This document shows positions 48,657 through 58,131 of a stretch of DNA of 64,000 nt, one piece after another (position 1 is the stretch's first letter; the number at the start of each line of letters is the position of its first letter). The stretch is from IMG/VR virus record IMGVR_UViG_3300012001_000011. One strand, given 5' to 3'. The DNA is from an uncultured virus (IMG/VR IMGVR_UViG_3300012001_000011). Taxonomy: Duplodnaviria > Heunggongvirae > Uroviricota > Caudoviricetes. A program made the translations under genes and the position numbers. The notes beneath the pieces were generated by a model that did not search any database, had not been told where the DNA came from, and worked only from the letters and a program-made list of their open reading frames with translations.

Positions 48657-48838
48657 TAATCACTCACGTATTCTGCTGTCGGCTTGACTTGCCAAGCGCG
48701 GCCTACCTTCTTCGGTTGCGGCTGAATGCGGCCTTCGTGCACCCATTTCAGCAGCGTGTTTTGGTGCGGTACCTTGGAAAACATCGTTGCGGCCCACTCG
48801 GGCAGCGTGATGTATCGCGGCTTAATTGTCGTCGTCAT
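48656..48838 (-). CDS. xis: excisionase
   Basis: TLPEWA...TLLKWVHEGRIQPQPKKVGRAWQV. Confidence 0.85.
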   Translation of the reverse strand: MTTTIKPRYITLPEWAATMFSKVPHQNTLLKWVHEGRIQPQPKKVGRAWQVKPTAEYVSD

Positions 48839-49011
48839 TCCCGCCTCTCCTTATCTTCCCCATCCTGCCCCGGCCCGTCATCAGTCGCGCAGCCGCAGCA
48901 CGCCACCGGCTTGTGGCACAGTCCGCACATTGGCGGGGGCTTGGTGAATATGCGCTCCCAGGCTGTCGGCGGGATGACTCCAGGGCGGCGCGCGCTTCCT
49001 TTTCCGCTCAC
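48835..49011 (-). CDS. hypothetical protein
   Basis: GTG start (MSGKGSARRP); coupled. Confidence 0.5.
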   Translation of the reverse strand: MSGKGSARRPGVIPPTAWERIFTKPPPMCGLCHKPVACCGCATDDGPGQDGEDKERRE

Positions 49012-49202
49012 GTCATATCCTTCGGGTCGTTGTCGTGCGCTTTCAAAAGCATGCGGGGCGCGTTCGGTTCGGATGGCGGCATAGACTGGCAAATGGCGAT
49101 GCACTTTGCGTGACTTAGCGTCGGCCAGTTGTGCAGCGTGTGCGTGCCAGTTCGCATGTCAAGCGTCACCGTGATGAAGCGCCCCTGCTGACGATCATCC
49201 AT
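49008..49202 (-). CDS. hypothetical protein
   Basis: MDDRQQGRF start with RBS; coupled. Confidence 0.5.
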   Translation of the reverse strand: MDDRQQGRFITVTLDMRTGTHTLHNWPTLSHAKCIAICQSMPPSEPNAPRMLLKAHDNDPKDMT

Positions 49203-51441
49203 TCTCTTCCCCCTTATGTGTAGCCGAAGCGGAGATAGCATCGTTTGCTTTCTTCCATACAAGGCACCATGCGCATGGCTTTCCGGCCTTATCGCCATTG
49301 TCGCTATCCCATATTCCCGGCACGCTATGCGAGTGTCCGGGCGCGTCGCCATTCCGATTCAAGTGACGTTTCGGTATTTCGCGCATGACGGCGGTAAGCA
49401 ATGCCCGCCAGTGCGCCGCATCCCGCTCAAGCGCAGCTATCGACTTGCCATCAACGCCCATGGCAACGAACAGCGATTCGGCATCGGTGAATACGCCTAG
49501 CAACGGATCATCCACCGCGCCCGCTTGCTCGACCGTCTCGGGCTTGGCCTGCTCGGCTCCGCAATTACATGGCCCTTTTTTTCCGCCAATGCAGAGCAGT
49601 GCATGACCTCCCCAATCCCCACCACCTGTCTCGGGCTTGGCCTGCTCGCCGCAAACGCCGCACGGAGAATTCCCCGGCGCTGGCGATCCTTCGCAGCCGA
49701 CGCATTGCGATGGCTTTGCCTGCTCGGTTGCTGGCTGAGCCAGAAGTTCGCGGATATCTTCAAAAGCATCTGTTACTTTATCGTCTTCATCCTCGAATAT
49801 ATCCATATCGTTGAGAATATCGCCCATGTGATTCATGGCTTCGTAAATCCCTTCAAGGGTATCGCGTGGAACATTCATCACACCACCCTTCTCGGCTATG
49901 GGCGTAGCCGGGGCAGCACGGACCGCAGCGAGGCATTCGTTCCAGCCTGCCAGATAGTCTCGATTCGCGCACATCGACATACTCAGCGGCTCCACATCCA
50001 CTGCCATCCCTGCCCCTACTGGCGCTGGGCGGGCAGCACGAAATAGCGACACCACAGCGGCGGCACGATGTATGCCCGCCAGGAATGCAACTTTTTCCGG
50101 AATCGTATTAGCTGGGTTGCATTGCAGCGCTAGAACGGCGCTGTGAATCTCTGCGATATCCGGCGCATCCTCGGAAGGCGCTGGGACGCGAATCGCCGCA
50201 TCGCTCCCGCCTTGCCTGCACAGCAGGCCATATGCGCGGGCGTAGACTTGCATCTGGTCGTCAGCGTAGTGATTGCGCGATCCCTCGGAGGCTTGTGGGA
50301 ATGACTGCCAAGGTGTCGGCAATTCCGGCAGCGCGCTCAACTCTTGCACCTGGTCGGCGCTCTGACTCGTGGCGGGGTGGGTGTAGAGCGGCGTAAGTTC
50401 GCTACTCAAAGTTGGCTCGTAACCCGCCTTCCAGCGCCGTGCTGCTTCGATGTCGCCAAACCAAATACGGCAGTTGCCATCTGGTGCGAAAACCGCCCAA
50501 GCAACTGGATCGCTTGCCTGAGCAGGCATTGCTGCGGGAGGGGTGGCTAGAGCAGCGGCATAGTCGCTGTAGAGAACATATTCGCCGTCGTCATCGCCTA
50601 TCATGTTTGCGCGACCATGATCTTCGTAAATCGAGAAGCGTTCTACAGGCACGGCGCTCTGGCTTGCCCCTGTAGGAGCGGCAAGGGCGGCAAGCAATTT
50701 ATTGATGGCATCTTCTTTGGTATCGCCAAATCCAGCGGGGGAAATTTGGAGATCAATGAAATCAGGCCAAACTGCGCAGATAGCGTCACCATCGCGGAAT
50801 ACTCGTGGCGCAAATGGTTGAGCTGCGTGCAGTGCATACATTAGGCGTCGCTCTACTAAATCTCGCAGGCGATCATCGGTTGTATCCACCAGTGCTTCTT
50901 CGAGTCCTTCGGCTTGAGCAGCCTCAAAACACCCGACTACCTCGATAATCGCCTTGAGCAGCGCATCGCTCGGCGCAGCTACTGTAGGAGAGGTGGCATT
51001 GATGATGTCGAGCAGCGAATCGACACGAGTGCGCAACTGAAAAATCCAGCGACGCGCCTGCGCCATATCGAGCGGCATACTGTGGTCGCTCGGCGCAGCG
51101 CTGCTACTGTCTGCCTCGCTCGGCTTGGCCTGCTCGCCCACGTAGCACACGCAAGGCGATCCGCTGCGCGCTGGGCAATCTGTATCGTGAGGCTTGGCCT
51201 GCTCTTGCGCAGGGGCGCGGAGGTTCCAGGCGGCGATTGCTTCGCTTATCGCCTCTTCCTTGCTCGATAGCCAGCCGTCAACCGTCAGTGCGTTCGGCCC
51301 TCGCGCCTCGCAATCGCCGCACTCGATATAGGCGCTGTGGAAGTTGTCCGGCTGCACGGAATACGCGTCCGTGCTCAGGTTCGTGCCGCCGCAATGCAGA
51401 CATGGCAGCAGCTCGGTGCTTGTTGGTGCGTGGGATTTCAT
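49195..51441 (-). CDS. large mosaic early protein with N-terminal Lar-family (restriction alleviation) Zn-finger
   Basis: LLPCLHCGG...IECGDC...AIAAWNLR, followed by many modules separated by linkers. Confidence 0.75.
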   Translation of the reverse strand: MKSHAPTSTELLPCLHCGGTNLSTDAYSVQPDNFHSAYIECGDCEARGPNALTVDGWLSSKEEAISEAIAAWNLRAPAQEQAKPHDTDCPARSGSPCVCYVGEQAKPSEADSSSAAPSDHSMPLDMAQARRWIFQLRTRVDSLLDIINATSPTVAAPSDALLKAIIEVVGCFEAAQAEGLEEALVDTTDDRLRDLVERRLMYALHAAQPFAPRVFRDGDAICAVWPDFIDLQISPAGFGDTKEDAINKLLAALAAPTGASQSAVPVERFSIYEDHGRANMIGDDDGEYVLYSDYAAALATPPAAMPAQASDPVAWAVFAPDGNCRIWFGDIEAARRWKAGYEPTLSSELTPLYTHPATSQSADQVQELSALPELPTPWQSFPQASEGSRNHYADDQMQVYARAYGLLCRQGGSDAAIRVPAPSEDAPDIAEIHSAVLALQCNPANTIPEKVAFLAGIHRAAAVVSLFRAARPAPVGAGMAVDVEPLSMSMCANRDYLAGWNECLAAVRAAPATPIAEKGGVMNVPRDTLEGIYEAMNHMGDILNDMDIFEDEDDKVTDAFEDIRELLAQPATEQAKPSQCVGCEGSPAPGNSPCGVCGEQAKPETGGGDWGGHALLCIGGKKGPCNCGAEQAKPETVEQAGAVDDPLLGVFTDAESLFVAMGVDGKSIAALERDAAHWRALLTAVMREIPKRHLNRNGDAPGHSHSVPGIWDSDNGDKAGKPCAWCLVWKKANDAISASATHKGEENG

Positions 51442-51641
51442 GCGGTTTCCTTATGTGTATCAGTTCCATCAAGATTCTTTCCGCAGCAGTAGGTCCGCCA
51501 TTTTGGATTCCACCAACTGAGGCATTTGGGGCACTCCCATTTTTCAATGGTCCTGTCCGGGCACCCGCAGTTGCGCGCTTGCTCGCGTGTGTCGTACCCT
51601 CGCTCGCAGCCGGGGCACTGGTGGATAGTCTTGGCCTTCAT
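51438..51641 (-). CDS. Zn-finger hypothetical protein
   Basis: CPGC...CPKC; coupled. Confidence 0.6.
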   Translation of the reverse strand: MKAKTIHQCPGCERGYDTREQARNCGCPDRTIEKWECPKCLSWWNPKWRTYCCGKNLDGTDTHKETA

Positions 51642-51904
51642 GCTGCCGTCAGGTATGTGTTGCCGCCCTCGCGTTTAACGCGCTGACCGATTGACAGGAT
51701 TGCGGCAGCGGAAGCCTTGAGGGTCTTGCCCATGTAGTTCTGGCGCAGCAGCTTCGATGCGCAGATGATGCCAACATTCAGGATTTCGCCACACTCACTC
51801 TCAAGACCAACGGCGCGAGTCAGATTAGTTTTGCCGCAGCAGTCGCAAACTGGATAGTCCGTGTTGCCGAGAACTTTGTACTTTGCGCCCTTAGTCAGTT
51901 CCAT
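51638..51904 (-). CDS. hypothetical Zn-binding protein
   Basis: CDCCGKTNL...GIICA; strong RBS. Confidence 0.7.
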   Translation of the reverse strand: MELTKGAKYKVLGNTDYPVCDCCGKTNLTRAVGLESECGEILNVGIICASKLLRQNYMGKTLKASAAAILSIGQRVKREGGNTYLTAA

Positions 51905-52010
51905 TTTCTTCCCCTTGTTCGTTGTTTGATTCGATGAATAAGTGTAACGCGTTTAATCAGCATCGACAAGCTTTATTCGCGTTACTTTTAATGCCGTGTA
52001 TAATCGGCAC

Positions 52011-52175
52011 ATGGAAAACGAAAAACGCTCACGCGGACGGCCCGCCAAACCGCCCGAAGAACTCATGGTCAACTTCTCTGTGCGCATGACGCCTGCCCAG
52101 CGGGATAAGGTGAAGGCAAACGGCATGGACTGGCTACGCAAGCTCATTGATCGGGCGAAGTCGAAACCGGAGTAG
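52011..52175 (+). CDS. small AT-hook plus RHH-like regulator (54 aa)
   Basis: MENEKRSRGRPAKPPEELMVNFSVRMTPAQRDKVKANGMDWLRKLIDRAKSKPE; TATAAT just upstream. Confidence 0.7.
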   Translation: MENEKRSRGRPAKPPEELMVNFSVRMTPAQRDKVKANGMDWLRKLIDRAKSKPE

Positions 52176-52596
52176 GGGCGGCGGCTAACATGGCGGCGTA
52201 GCACAGTCGCGCACGATGGGCGGCCTGCTGGCATCCTGACATTGCCTCGTACTTTTCCATTTCTTCGCCGGGCACGAAACCCCATTCCGGGCGCGACTCG
52301 AAGCCGGCTATGACCATATCCTCGGTCGGCGCGATTGGCACCAGCACGTAGCCCTCTGCCGCCCCATGCAAGCACGCGCCCTGGCACTCCACCGTCCGCA
52401 AGTGCATCTTGGCAGCGAGGCGCGCGTCGTCGCGCTCTTGGGTCAGTTGCTCGATTTGCGCGATGAGGGCGAGGATGGCAGCGCGGCACTCGGCCTCGTT
52501 ATTCACCTCAAGCCATGCATCGATCTCGCCCTTCTTGCCACGGACCGCTAAAAGAAACTCTGCCTGCTCTATGCTAATTTCACTCATCATCATCAT
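52144..52596 (-). CDS. ead-like hypothetical protein
   Basis: ILALIAQIEQL...GYVLVPIAPTEDM...YAAMLAAAP motifs. Confidence 0.7.
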   Translation of the reverse strand: MMMMSEISIEQAEFLLAVRGKKGEIDAWLEVNNEAECRAAILALIAQIEQLTQERDDARLAAKMHLRTVECQGACLHGAAEGYVLVPIAPTEDMVIAGFESRPEWGFVPGEEMEKYEAMSGCQQAAHRARLCYAAMLAAAPTPVSTSPDQ

Positions 52597-52813
52597 CCTT
52601 GGTTGCGATCCGCAATTGGCGCGGGTCGGATTTCGTTAAAACGTAGATATAGCCGTGCCCACTTGGCGCGCGGTCCTCGCAATCGGGCAAGTCCAGGCGC
52701 TTAGCGATTTGCGCTGCCTCCTTGCATTCGCTGGTGCGCTCGCGCTCAAAGATGCATCCCTCGCACTCATGATGCGACTCGGCTGCGGTAAAGTGGGCGG
52801 CACTGGCTTTCAC
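52580..52813 (-). CDS. hypothetical Cys protein
   Basis: CEGCIF; coupled. Confidence 0.55.
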   Translation of the reverse strand: MKASAAHFTAAESHHECEGCIFERERTSECKEAAQIAKRLDLPDCEDRAPSGHGYIYVLTKSDPRQLRIATKDDDDE

Positions 52814-53241
52814 TCCTTGAACTCCACGCCAGCCTGCGCGCCAAAAGCGGCAAGGTACTCGATAAACTGCGCTGCCATCGCCACAGAAAAGCGGCGCGTC
52901 TGCACGCCAAGCTGTACGACACCGGAGCCGTCAAGGCTTGGCACAACCCGCCCCTGGTCGTTGAACGGATCAGGCTTGCCGGTCCCGCGTGCGTCCTCAC
53001 GCATCACACGCACGAACGCATCGACCAGCAGGCGTTTCCACGTTTCGATGTCCACCATCTCGCCCATGAACGGCATGACCTTGGCGATTTCACCGATCAT
53101 TGCATGGTATTTTTCTTCCTGCACCCGCTTCTTTACCGGCTCCGAAAACACGGCCATCCATCCATCAGGTGCTTCCATGCAAAAGGCGGCGGCGTTTCGT
53201 CGGGCCTGCTCATGCACAAAGAAGAATGGCCGACGAGTCAT
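52810..53241 (-). CDS. ninB: NinB/YbcN-like recombination protein
   Basis: KRVQEEKYHAMIGEIAK...WKRL...VVPSLDGSGVVQLG.QTRRFS...FIEYLAAFGA. Confidence 0.85.
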   Translation of the reverse strand: MTRRPFFFVHEQARRNAAAFCMEAPDGWMAVFSEPVKKRVQEEKYHAMIGEIAKVMPFMGEMVDIETWKRLLVDAFVRVMREDARGTGKPDPFNDQGRVVPSLDGSGVVQLGVQTRRFSVAMAAQFIEYLAAFGAQAGVEFKE

Positions 53242-54527
53242 GCTTCGAACGCCGCAACGGCTTCCGGCGACAGCGCCACGAAGCGAGTCAAGCGCTCAAT
53301 CCATTGCGGCATAGTCAGTCCGAAATCGAAGCCAACAGCGGCAATCTCAATGTCGGTCGGGTCCAAATCGTCGGCCAGCGCGTCGGCCAAGTCCGTGATA
53401 CTCGGCTCCGGCGCAACCAGATCGGCGGCGGCTTGCGAATGCAGATCCTGCAACCGCACGCGCTCAGCCTCGCGCGCCGCGTTAAACTCGGCATTCATCA
53501 GCAGGGCGGGGCCGTGGTCGTCTTCACGGCGTGCGGCGTCCTGCTGTGCTTTCAGCGCAGCCGCATCCCGCGCATCTGCCGCCGCCTGTTGCTCGGCCAG
53601 CTTGCGGGACTGCTCGGCCATCAGATCGGCCTGTGCGTCGATCTTGGCTTGCGCTTCCTCTTGCTGGGCCAGAATGGCGGCTTGCTGCTGCGCGGCGAGG
53701 TCAGCAAGGCGCTTGGCTTCCGCAGCCTGCTCGGCGGCTACACGGTCGTTTTCGGCGGCGACACGGGCATTTTCGATGCGCTCAGCTTCGATGCGGGCCA
53801 GTTCGGCGATGCGGGATTGCTCGGCGGCTAGGGCGGCGGCTTCGGCTTGCTGGCGAGCCGTCAACAGGTCGCGCAGCTTCAACAACGAAGCGGCCAGCGT
53901 ATCGGCAGCGCGCGCCGCGTCTTCCTCGTAGATCGCGGGATCAGCGGCCCAGCCGTCCCACTCGGTCAGCACGTCAGCCAGTTCGGCGGCGCTCGCATGG
54001 GCATGGACGACCGGCAGCATAGCGAGAACGGAAATCAGAGCATTGACACGCTCTTGACGCTCGCGCTCTGCGGCGATCTTGGCCTGCTTGATGGCTTCCT
54101 TGCGACCTTCCTCGGACTTGATGGCATCATCGAACATCGCTTCATATGGGGCGGCATCGCCGGCAAGCGTCTTGTATTCAGAATCAAGCAATTTCCCGAT
54201 CATGAGGATTGGTGCCTTACGTTCGACGCGAGCCTTTTCGCCGTCAATGCGCACATCATCGCGGAATGCGGCGCGGTACTTGACGGCGACGGCCATGCCT
54301 GCGGTCGTGGATATGTCAACATACTTGTGCGGCTCGTCGTACAGCCTGTCATCCTTGAAGTGGATCAGCGCGGCTTCCGCCTTGAGCGCGTCAAACTTCG
54401 TGCGGAATGGCTTGAAGACTTCCGCAACGTAGCGCGCTGGGTCGAGCGTGATCAGTTCAAGGGCGCCAACTTGGGACGGCTCGGCAGCAGCCAGGGCCGT
54501 GCTTTCAATTGCGGTGGTAGCGTTCAT
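53238..54527 (-). CDS. coiled-coil recombination-region protein
   Basis: EKARVERKAPIL.IGK.LD motif followed by a long A/E/Q-rich coil. Confidence 0.7.
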   Translation of the reverse strand: MNATTAIESTALAAAEPSQVGALELITLDPARYVAEVFKPFRTKFDALKAEAALIHFKDDRLYDEPHKYVDISTTAGMAVAVKYRAAFRDDVRIDGEKARVERKAPILMIGKLLDSEYKTLAGDAAPYEAMFDDAIKSEEGRKEAIKQAKIAAERERQERVNALISVLAMLPVVHAHASAAELADVLTEWDGWAADPAIYEEDAARAADTLAASLLKLRDLLTARQQAEAAALAAEQSRIAELARIEAERIENARVAAENDRVAAEQAAEAKRLADLAAQQQAAILAQQEEAQAKIDAQADLMAEQSRKLAEQQAAADARDAAALKAQQDAARREDDHGPALLMNAEFNAAREAERVRLQDLHSQAAADLVAPEPSITDLADALADDLDPTDIEIAAVGFDFGLTMPQWIERLTRFVALSPEAVAAFEA

Positions 54528-54569
54528 TATTTCCCCTTCGTTTTAGTTGTTGTGTTATGTGAAATATTT

Positions 54570-55040
54570 TCAAAAAGGTATGTCGTCATCCATGTCCGTG
54601 AAGTTCGGCGCATGCTTCGGTGTAGGGCGCTGCTGCTGCGCAGGCTTGGCCTGGTTGCGAGGCTGTGCCGCTGGTGCGCTATTGCCCTGTCCTTGATCGC
54701 CAGTTGGCCGGCTATCCAGCATTTGCAGGTTTTCCGCGATGATGCTGGTCGCGTACTTTTCAACACCGTCCTTGTCCGTGTACTTGCGGGTTTGCAAGCG
54801 GCCTTCGACGTAGACCGAGCTACCATTTTTCAGGTACTGCCCGACGATTTCAGCCAGGCGACCGAAAAACGAAATACGGTGCCATTCGGTTTCTTCCTTC
54901 ATGTCGCCCGTGTTTTTGTCTTTCCACTTGGAGGTGGTCGCTACGGCGATATTTGCCACGGCATCACCCGACGGCTGGTAGCGGATTTCAGGGTCGCGCC
55001 CCAGGTTGCCTAATACGATGACTTTGTTGACCGATGCCAT
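54570..55040 (-). CDS. ssb: single-stranded DNA-binding protein
   Basis: [15 protein letters not shown]...TEWHR...DDDIPF. Confidence 0.97.
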   Translation of the reverse strand: MASVNKVIVLGNLGRDPEIRYQPSGDAVANIAVATTSKWKDKNTGDMKEETEWHRISFFGRLAEIVGQYLKNGSSVYVEGRLQTRKYTDKDGVEKYATSIIAENLQMLDSRPTGDQGQGNSAPAAQPRNQAKPAQQQRPTPKHAPNFTDMDDDIPF

Positions 55041-55043
55041 GAT

Positions 55044-55697
55044 TTATGCCGCCTCTTTATGTTCGTAGTTGATAATTGCAACTTGGTTTGCGAGGTATTC
55101 GCGCGCGGCGATTACCTTCGATTTCATTTTTTCTTCGATGGCGCGGTCACGCGTGATACGGGTCAGGGTGATGCGCAGCGATGGGTTGATGTGCTCCACA
55201 TCGTGCAAGTCCTGCTGTTCGTACCGGCACAGTTCGCTAGGCGTCGAAACGAGGCAGTAAGCAACCTCGAATTCTTCGATATCCCACAGCCACATGTAGG
55301 CGCGGCCCTGGTAGTCGTAGCCGGATTTCTTGGCGATATCAGCAACGTCCTCGGAGGTAGCGGGGAACGTGTCAAGGCTCCATGCGTTCTTGATGTCGAT
55401 AATCAACTTGCCCGGCACGATGATGTCCGGCTCGCCCGTGATCCAGTCGTTCGTGCGGCGCTCGGCATTCTTTTCGTAGCGCGTGAAAAAGACTTCGTTG
55501 TACAGATCGATTGCCGCGTCTTCACACTGGATGCCCTTGTCGAAATACTTGGACTGGATCATCTTGTGGTAGGCGTAGACGTACTCTTTTGCCAAGCCCT
55601 TGATGAACGTCTTGGCCGACACTGACAGGCCATCAGCGCCCTTACCGTCGCCCATTATTTCGGCAATCGCGCTAGCGCGGAAGTGGAAGCTATTCAT
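55044..55697 (-). CDS. YqaJ/lambda-exonuclease-like protein
   Basis: RASAI...GIQCE...GEPD...DIK...Q.RAYM. Confidence 0.85.
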   Translation of the reverse strand: MNSFHFRASAIAEIMGDGKGADGLSVSAKTFIKGLAKEYVYAYHKMIQSKYFDKGIQCEDAAIDLYNEVFFTRYEKNAERRTNDWITGEPDIIVPGKLIIDIKNAWSLDTFPATSEDVADIAKKSGYDYQGRAYMWLWDIEEFEVAYCLVSTPSELCRYEQQDLHDVEHINPSLRITLTRITRDRAIEEKMKSKVIAAREYLANQVAIINYEHKEAA

Positions 55698-56449
55698 GCT
55701 GCCGCCAGTTCTTTTTCAGCGTCGGCCAGAACGGTTTCCTGATCGGGCGTCAGCAGGAAGTTTTTGCGCACGTCGGCGGGCAGATAGCCATCGTTCTTGA
55801 CGGCCGCAATGGCGTTGTCGAAGCGCTTGCCGTTGATGGTTGACTTCTGAACCGGCTTAGCCTCGCGCTCGGGCGCAGCGCTGCGCCCGTCATCGTCCGC
55901 TTCTTTTGCCGCAAGGCCGCACGAGCCCAGCAGGGTATAGCGCTGCAAGTAGGTGATGGTCGATGCAATCTGCTGGATCGCGTTTTTCTTGCCCGAGTTA
56001 TCAGGCGGCGATTCCATGGACGTAGACTTGCTGTAGCCCATGTTGTGCGTCAGCGTGCAAGTCACCTTGATCATGCCGCTATCAGGCTGCTCGGTATCCC
56101 AGTCGTGGCTGATGCCGTTTTCCGCCAGCAGGCCGATGACAGCCTCGCAGATGGCGCCAAGCGTCGCATGGTTGTAGTTCGTGCCGCTGAACGACACGTT
56201 CTTATCCTTGTAGATGCTCGGCGCGTTCTTCTTGAATTCAGCCATGGCCCGCACGTATGCTTGGCGCGCTTCGTTCGCCTGCTGGCGCTCCATCAAATCC
56301 ATGAACTTGCTGATTTCTTCGATGCTTGCGCCGCGCTGCGTGACCATGCTCAGCAACTCCATCGGGGTCGTTGCAAGTTGCTGCATTGGTTGCGCCCGCA
56401 TTGCACCGGCCTGCTGCTGGTGCTCGATAATTTCCATTCCGTCGCTCAT
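55694..56449 (-). CDS. erf: ERF-family single-strand annealing recombinase
   Basis: YNHATL...VTCTLTH...STITYLQRYTL...DDDG. Confidence 0.9.
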   Translation of the reverse strand: MSDGMEIIEHQQQAGAMRAQPMQQLATTPMELLSMVTQRGASIEEISKFMDLMERQQANEARQAYVRAMAEFKKNAPSIYKDKNVSFSGTNYNHATLGAICEAVIGLLAENGISHDWDTEQPDSGMIKVTCTLTHNMGYSKSTSMESPPDNSGKKNAIQQIASTITYLQRYTLLGSCGLAAKEADDDGRSAAPEREAKPVQKSTINGKRFDNAIAAVKNDGYLPADVRKNFLLTPDQETVLADAEKELAAA

Positions 56450-56450
56450 G

Positions 56451-56675
56451 TCATTCTCCTTTTTGTTTAATCTCGTCATACCCGACCATCGCGTTAAGCC
56501 GCGCCTCGGGCGATTCCTGCGCCGGCTGGCACTTCTGCGCCTGCTCCATAGCGCGCCGGTCGAGCTCGTCCTGGTGCTGCGCGCCGAACATAATTGCCAT
56601 GACTGCCAAGAGGGTCAGCAGGACCACGAGGAATGCCATCAGGCCGGGCAGGGCTGCTTGTTCGCGGCGGGTCAT
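56451..56675 (-). CDS. small membrane protein
   Basis: MTRREQ start followed by a TM segment. Confidence 0.5.
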   Translation of the reverse strand: MTRREQAALPGLMAFLVVLLTLLAVMAIMFGAQHQDELDRRAMEQAQKCQPAQESPEARLNAMVGYDEIKQKGE

Positions 56676-56742
56676 GATGCGCTCCACCAAATAGCAACTA
56701 AAACGATCCAAGGCGCGAGGCAGGCGGCGTATTTGAGGGTGG

Positions 56743-56997
56743 TCATTTGGCACGCTCGGAAAGCATGGCATCGGCATATTCGTAGGCAGCAAATGCTACT
56801 TGCTCCTTCGGCGTGCGCCCTGATGCGATTGCGTTTTGCAGGGCATGTTCGCGCGCATCGTAGTCGGAAAATGATGCGCAAAGTCCGTTGAGCGCCTTGG
56901 CCGCAAAGTAGTCCCGCATAGACAGGCCCATCTCACCATTGTTCAATCCGTGCGCCTCGGTTGCCGGGAATGCTGGCATGTTATCGGCGGCGCTCAC
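56743..56997 (-). CDS. conserved phage protein (PAFP...RDYFAAKA family)
   Basis: Family motif plus AYEYADAML.ER. Confidence 0.8.
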   Translation of the reverse strand: MSAADNMPAFPATEAHGLNNGEMGLSMRDYFAAKALNGLCASFSDYDAREHALQNAIASGRTPKEQVAFAAYEYADAMLSERAK

Positions 56998-57203
56998 AGC
57001 ACCCTCGCCATCATCGTTGCCGACACTTCGCGGCGCTCCAGCTCGTCGCAGTAGATGATCACGGCGACGCCATCAGCGCGCGGCATTGCTTCGCGCAGCT
57101 CGTCGTCAGTCATCAGGCTGGCGCGGCGCTTGAGTTCGTGGCGGACCAGGTAATTGCCAGCAGCCCAAAGCAGGGCGATGGCTAAGAGGAAAAGGACGAT
57201 CAT
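56994..57203 (-). CDS. small membrane protein
   Basis: AAGGAG RBS; N-terminal TM segment. Confidence 0.55.
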   Translation of the reverse strand: MIVLFLLAIALLWAAGNYLVRHELKRRASLMTDDELREAMPRADGVAVIIYCDELERREVSATMMARVL

Positions 57204-57322
57204 GTGTTTCTCCTTGGTTATTGGGCCAAAAGGGGCGGGCCACTCCGCTGGAAATACCGGTTGATGGGATATTCCGCAGCCCGCTTCGTTTGGTGACTGC
57301 GTAACGTGCAGTCAGGCGGTTA

Positions 57323-57514
57323 TTAGGCGAACGGCGAGTGCTTCGACGGGCGCGCGCTGGCCGACTTCTTGAAAAGCGCGTTGCTCAATTTCCTGACCAT
57401 TTTTGCTGCATCGACTGCCATAGCGTATTGAGCTTCGGCGCTTGGTTGTGCCATTGGAATCGAGGTGCGGCGCTTTGCTCGGGCAGTACCACGGGCTACT
57501 TTCATCGTCTTCAT
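57323..57514 (-). CDS. small basic protein, possible N-like antiterminator
   Basis: AAGGAG RBS; GTARAKRR arginine-rich motif. Confidence 0.5.
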   Translation of the reverse strand: MKTMKVARGTARAKRRTSIPMAQPSAEAQYAMAVDAAKMVRKLSNALFKKSASARPSKHSPFA

Positions 57515-57903
57515 GTGCTTTCTCCTTGTTTGAATTAGGTGCCGGTCTGTTCCCGACTGTCAGGTGCGCTGTATCTTTACGCGGAACTTTCCGCACCATT
57601 CCCCGCGTGTGGCTATCGGGCTACTTTCATCGTTACGAACTTGCCGGCTCAAACTTCACCGGGATCTTCGTGACGGGTACTAGCCGTCAAAATCCAGTCA
57701 TGCGATAACCACAGGGGAGGCGGCTGGCGTGTGCGATGCCGTCTGTACGGCTATGGCTCTGCCTCTAGGCTCGACCACATGCAACCAACCACCTCCACTC
57801 TGGTGACTCCTTACGGGAGTCATTCGGCCAATATCGCTAGCAAGCGGATTACACCGTTATCTCGGGGCTGGTCGTGTCGGGAGCCACCCGTATCGGCACG
57901 AAG

Positions 57904-58131
57904 TCAGGTGCCGCGCTGATCAAACAAAATCTTGAAGAGAAAATAAATCAGTACATACCCGACCGCGATGCAGGCCCACAGAAGCAGCCCAGCAGCCACG
58001 CCGATCCACATGGGCAGCGTCACAAGCCACCAGGGCGCTGACGCTAGCAAGGGCATGCCGATGGCCTTGAGCACGGTTAGCACTGCGCCGACGGTGAAAA
58101 AGATCGAGCCGAAGTTGTTGCGGGCGCTCAT
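57904..58131 (-). CDS. conserved phage membrane protein
   Basis: VLKAIG...PWWLVTLPMW motif; 2-3 TM segments. Confidence 0.7.
   Translation of the reverse strand: MSARNNFGSIFFTVGAVLTVLKAIGMPLLASAPWWLVTLPMWIGVAAGLLLWACIAVGYVLIYFLFKILFDQRGT

Noticed and set aside
53847..55013. Long antisense ORFs (also 28792-29997, 20326-21261, 19046-19951)
   Set aside because: They lie opposite well-supported genes and are expected in GC-rich coding DNA.
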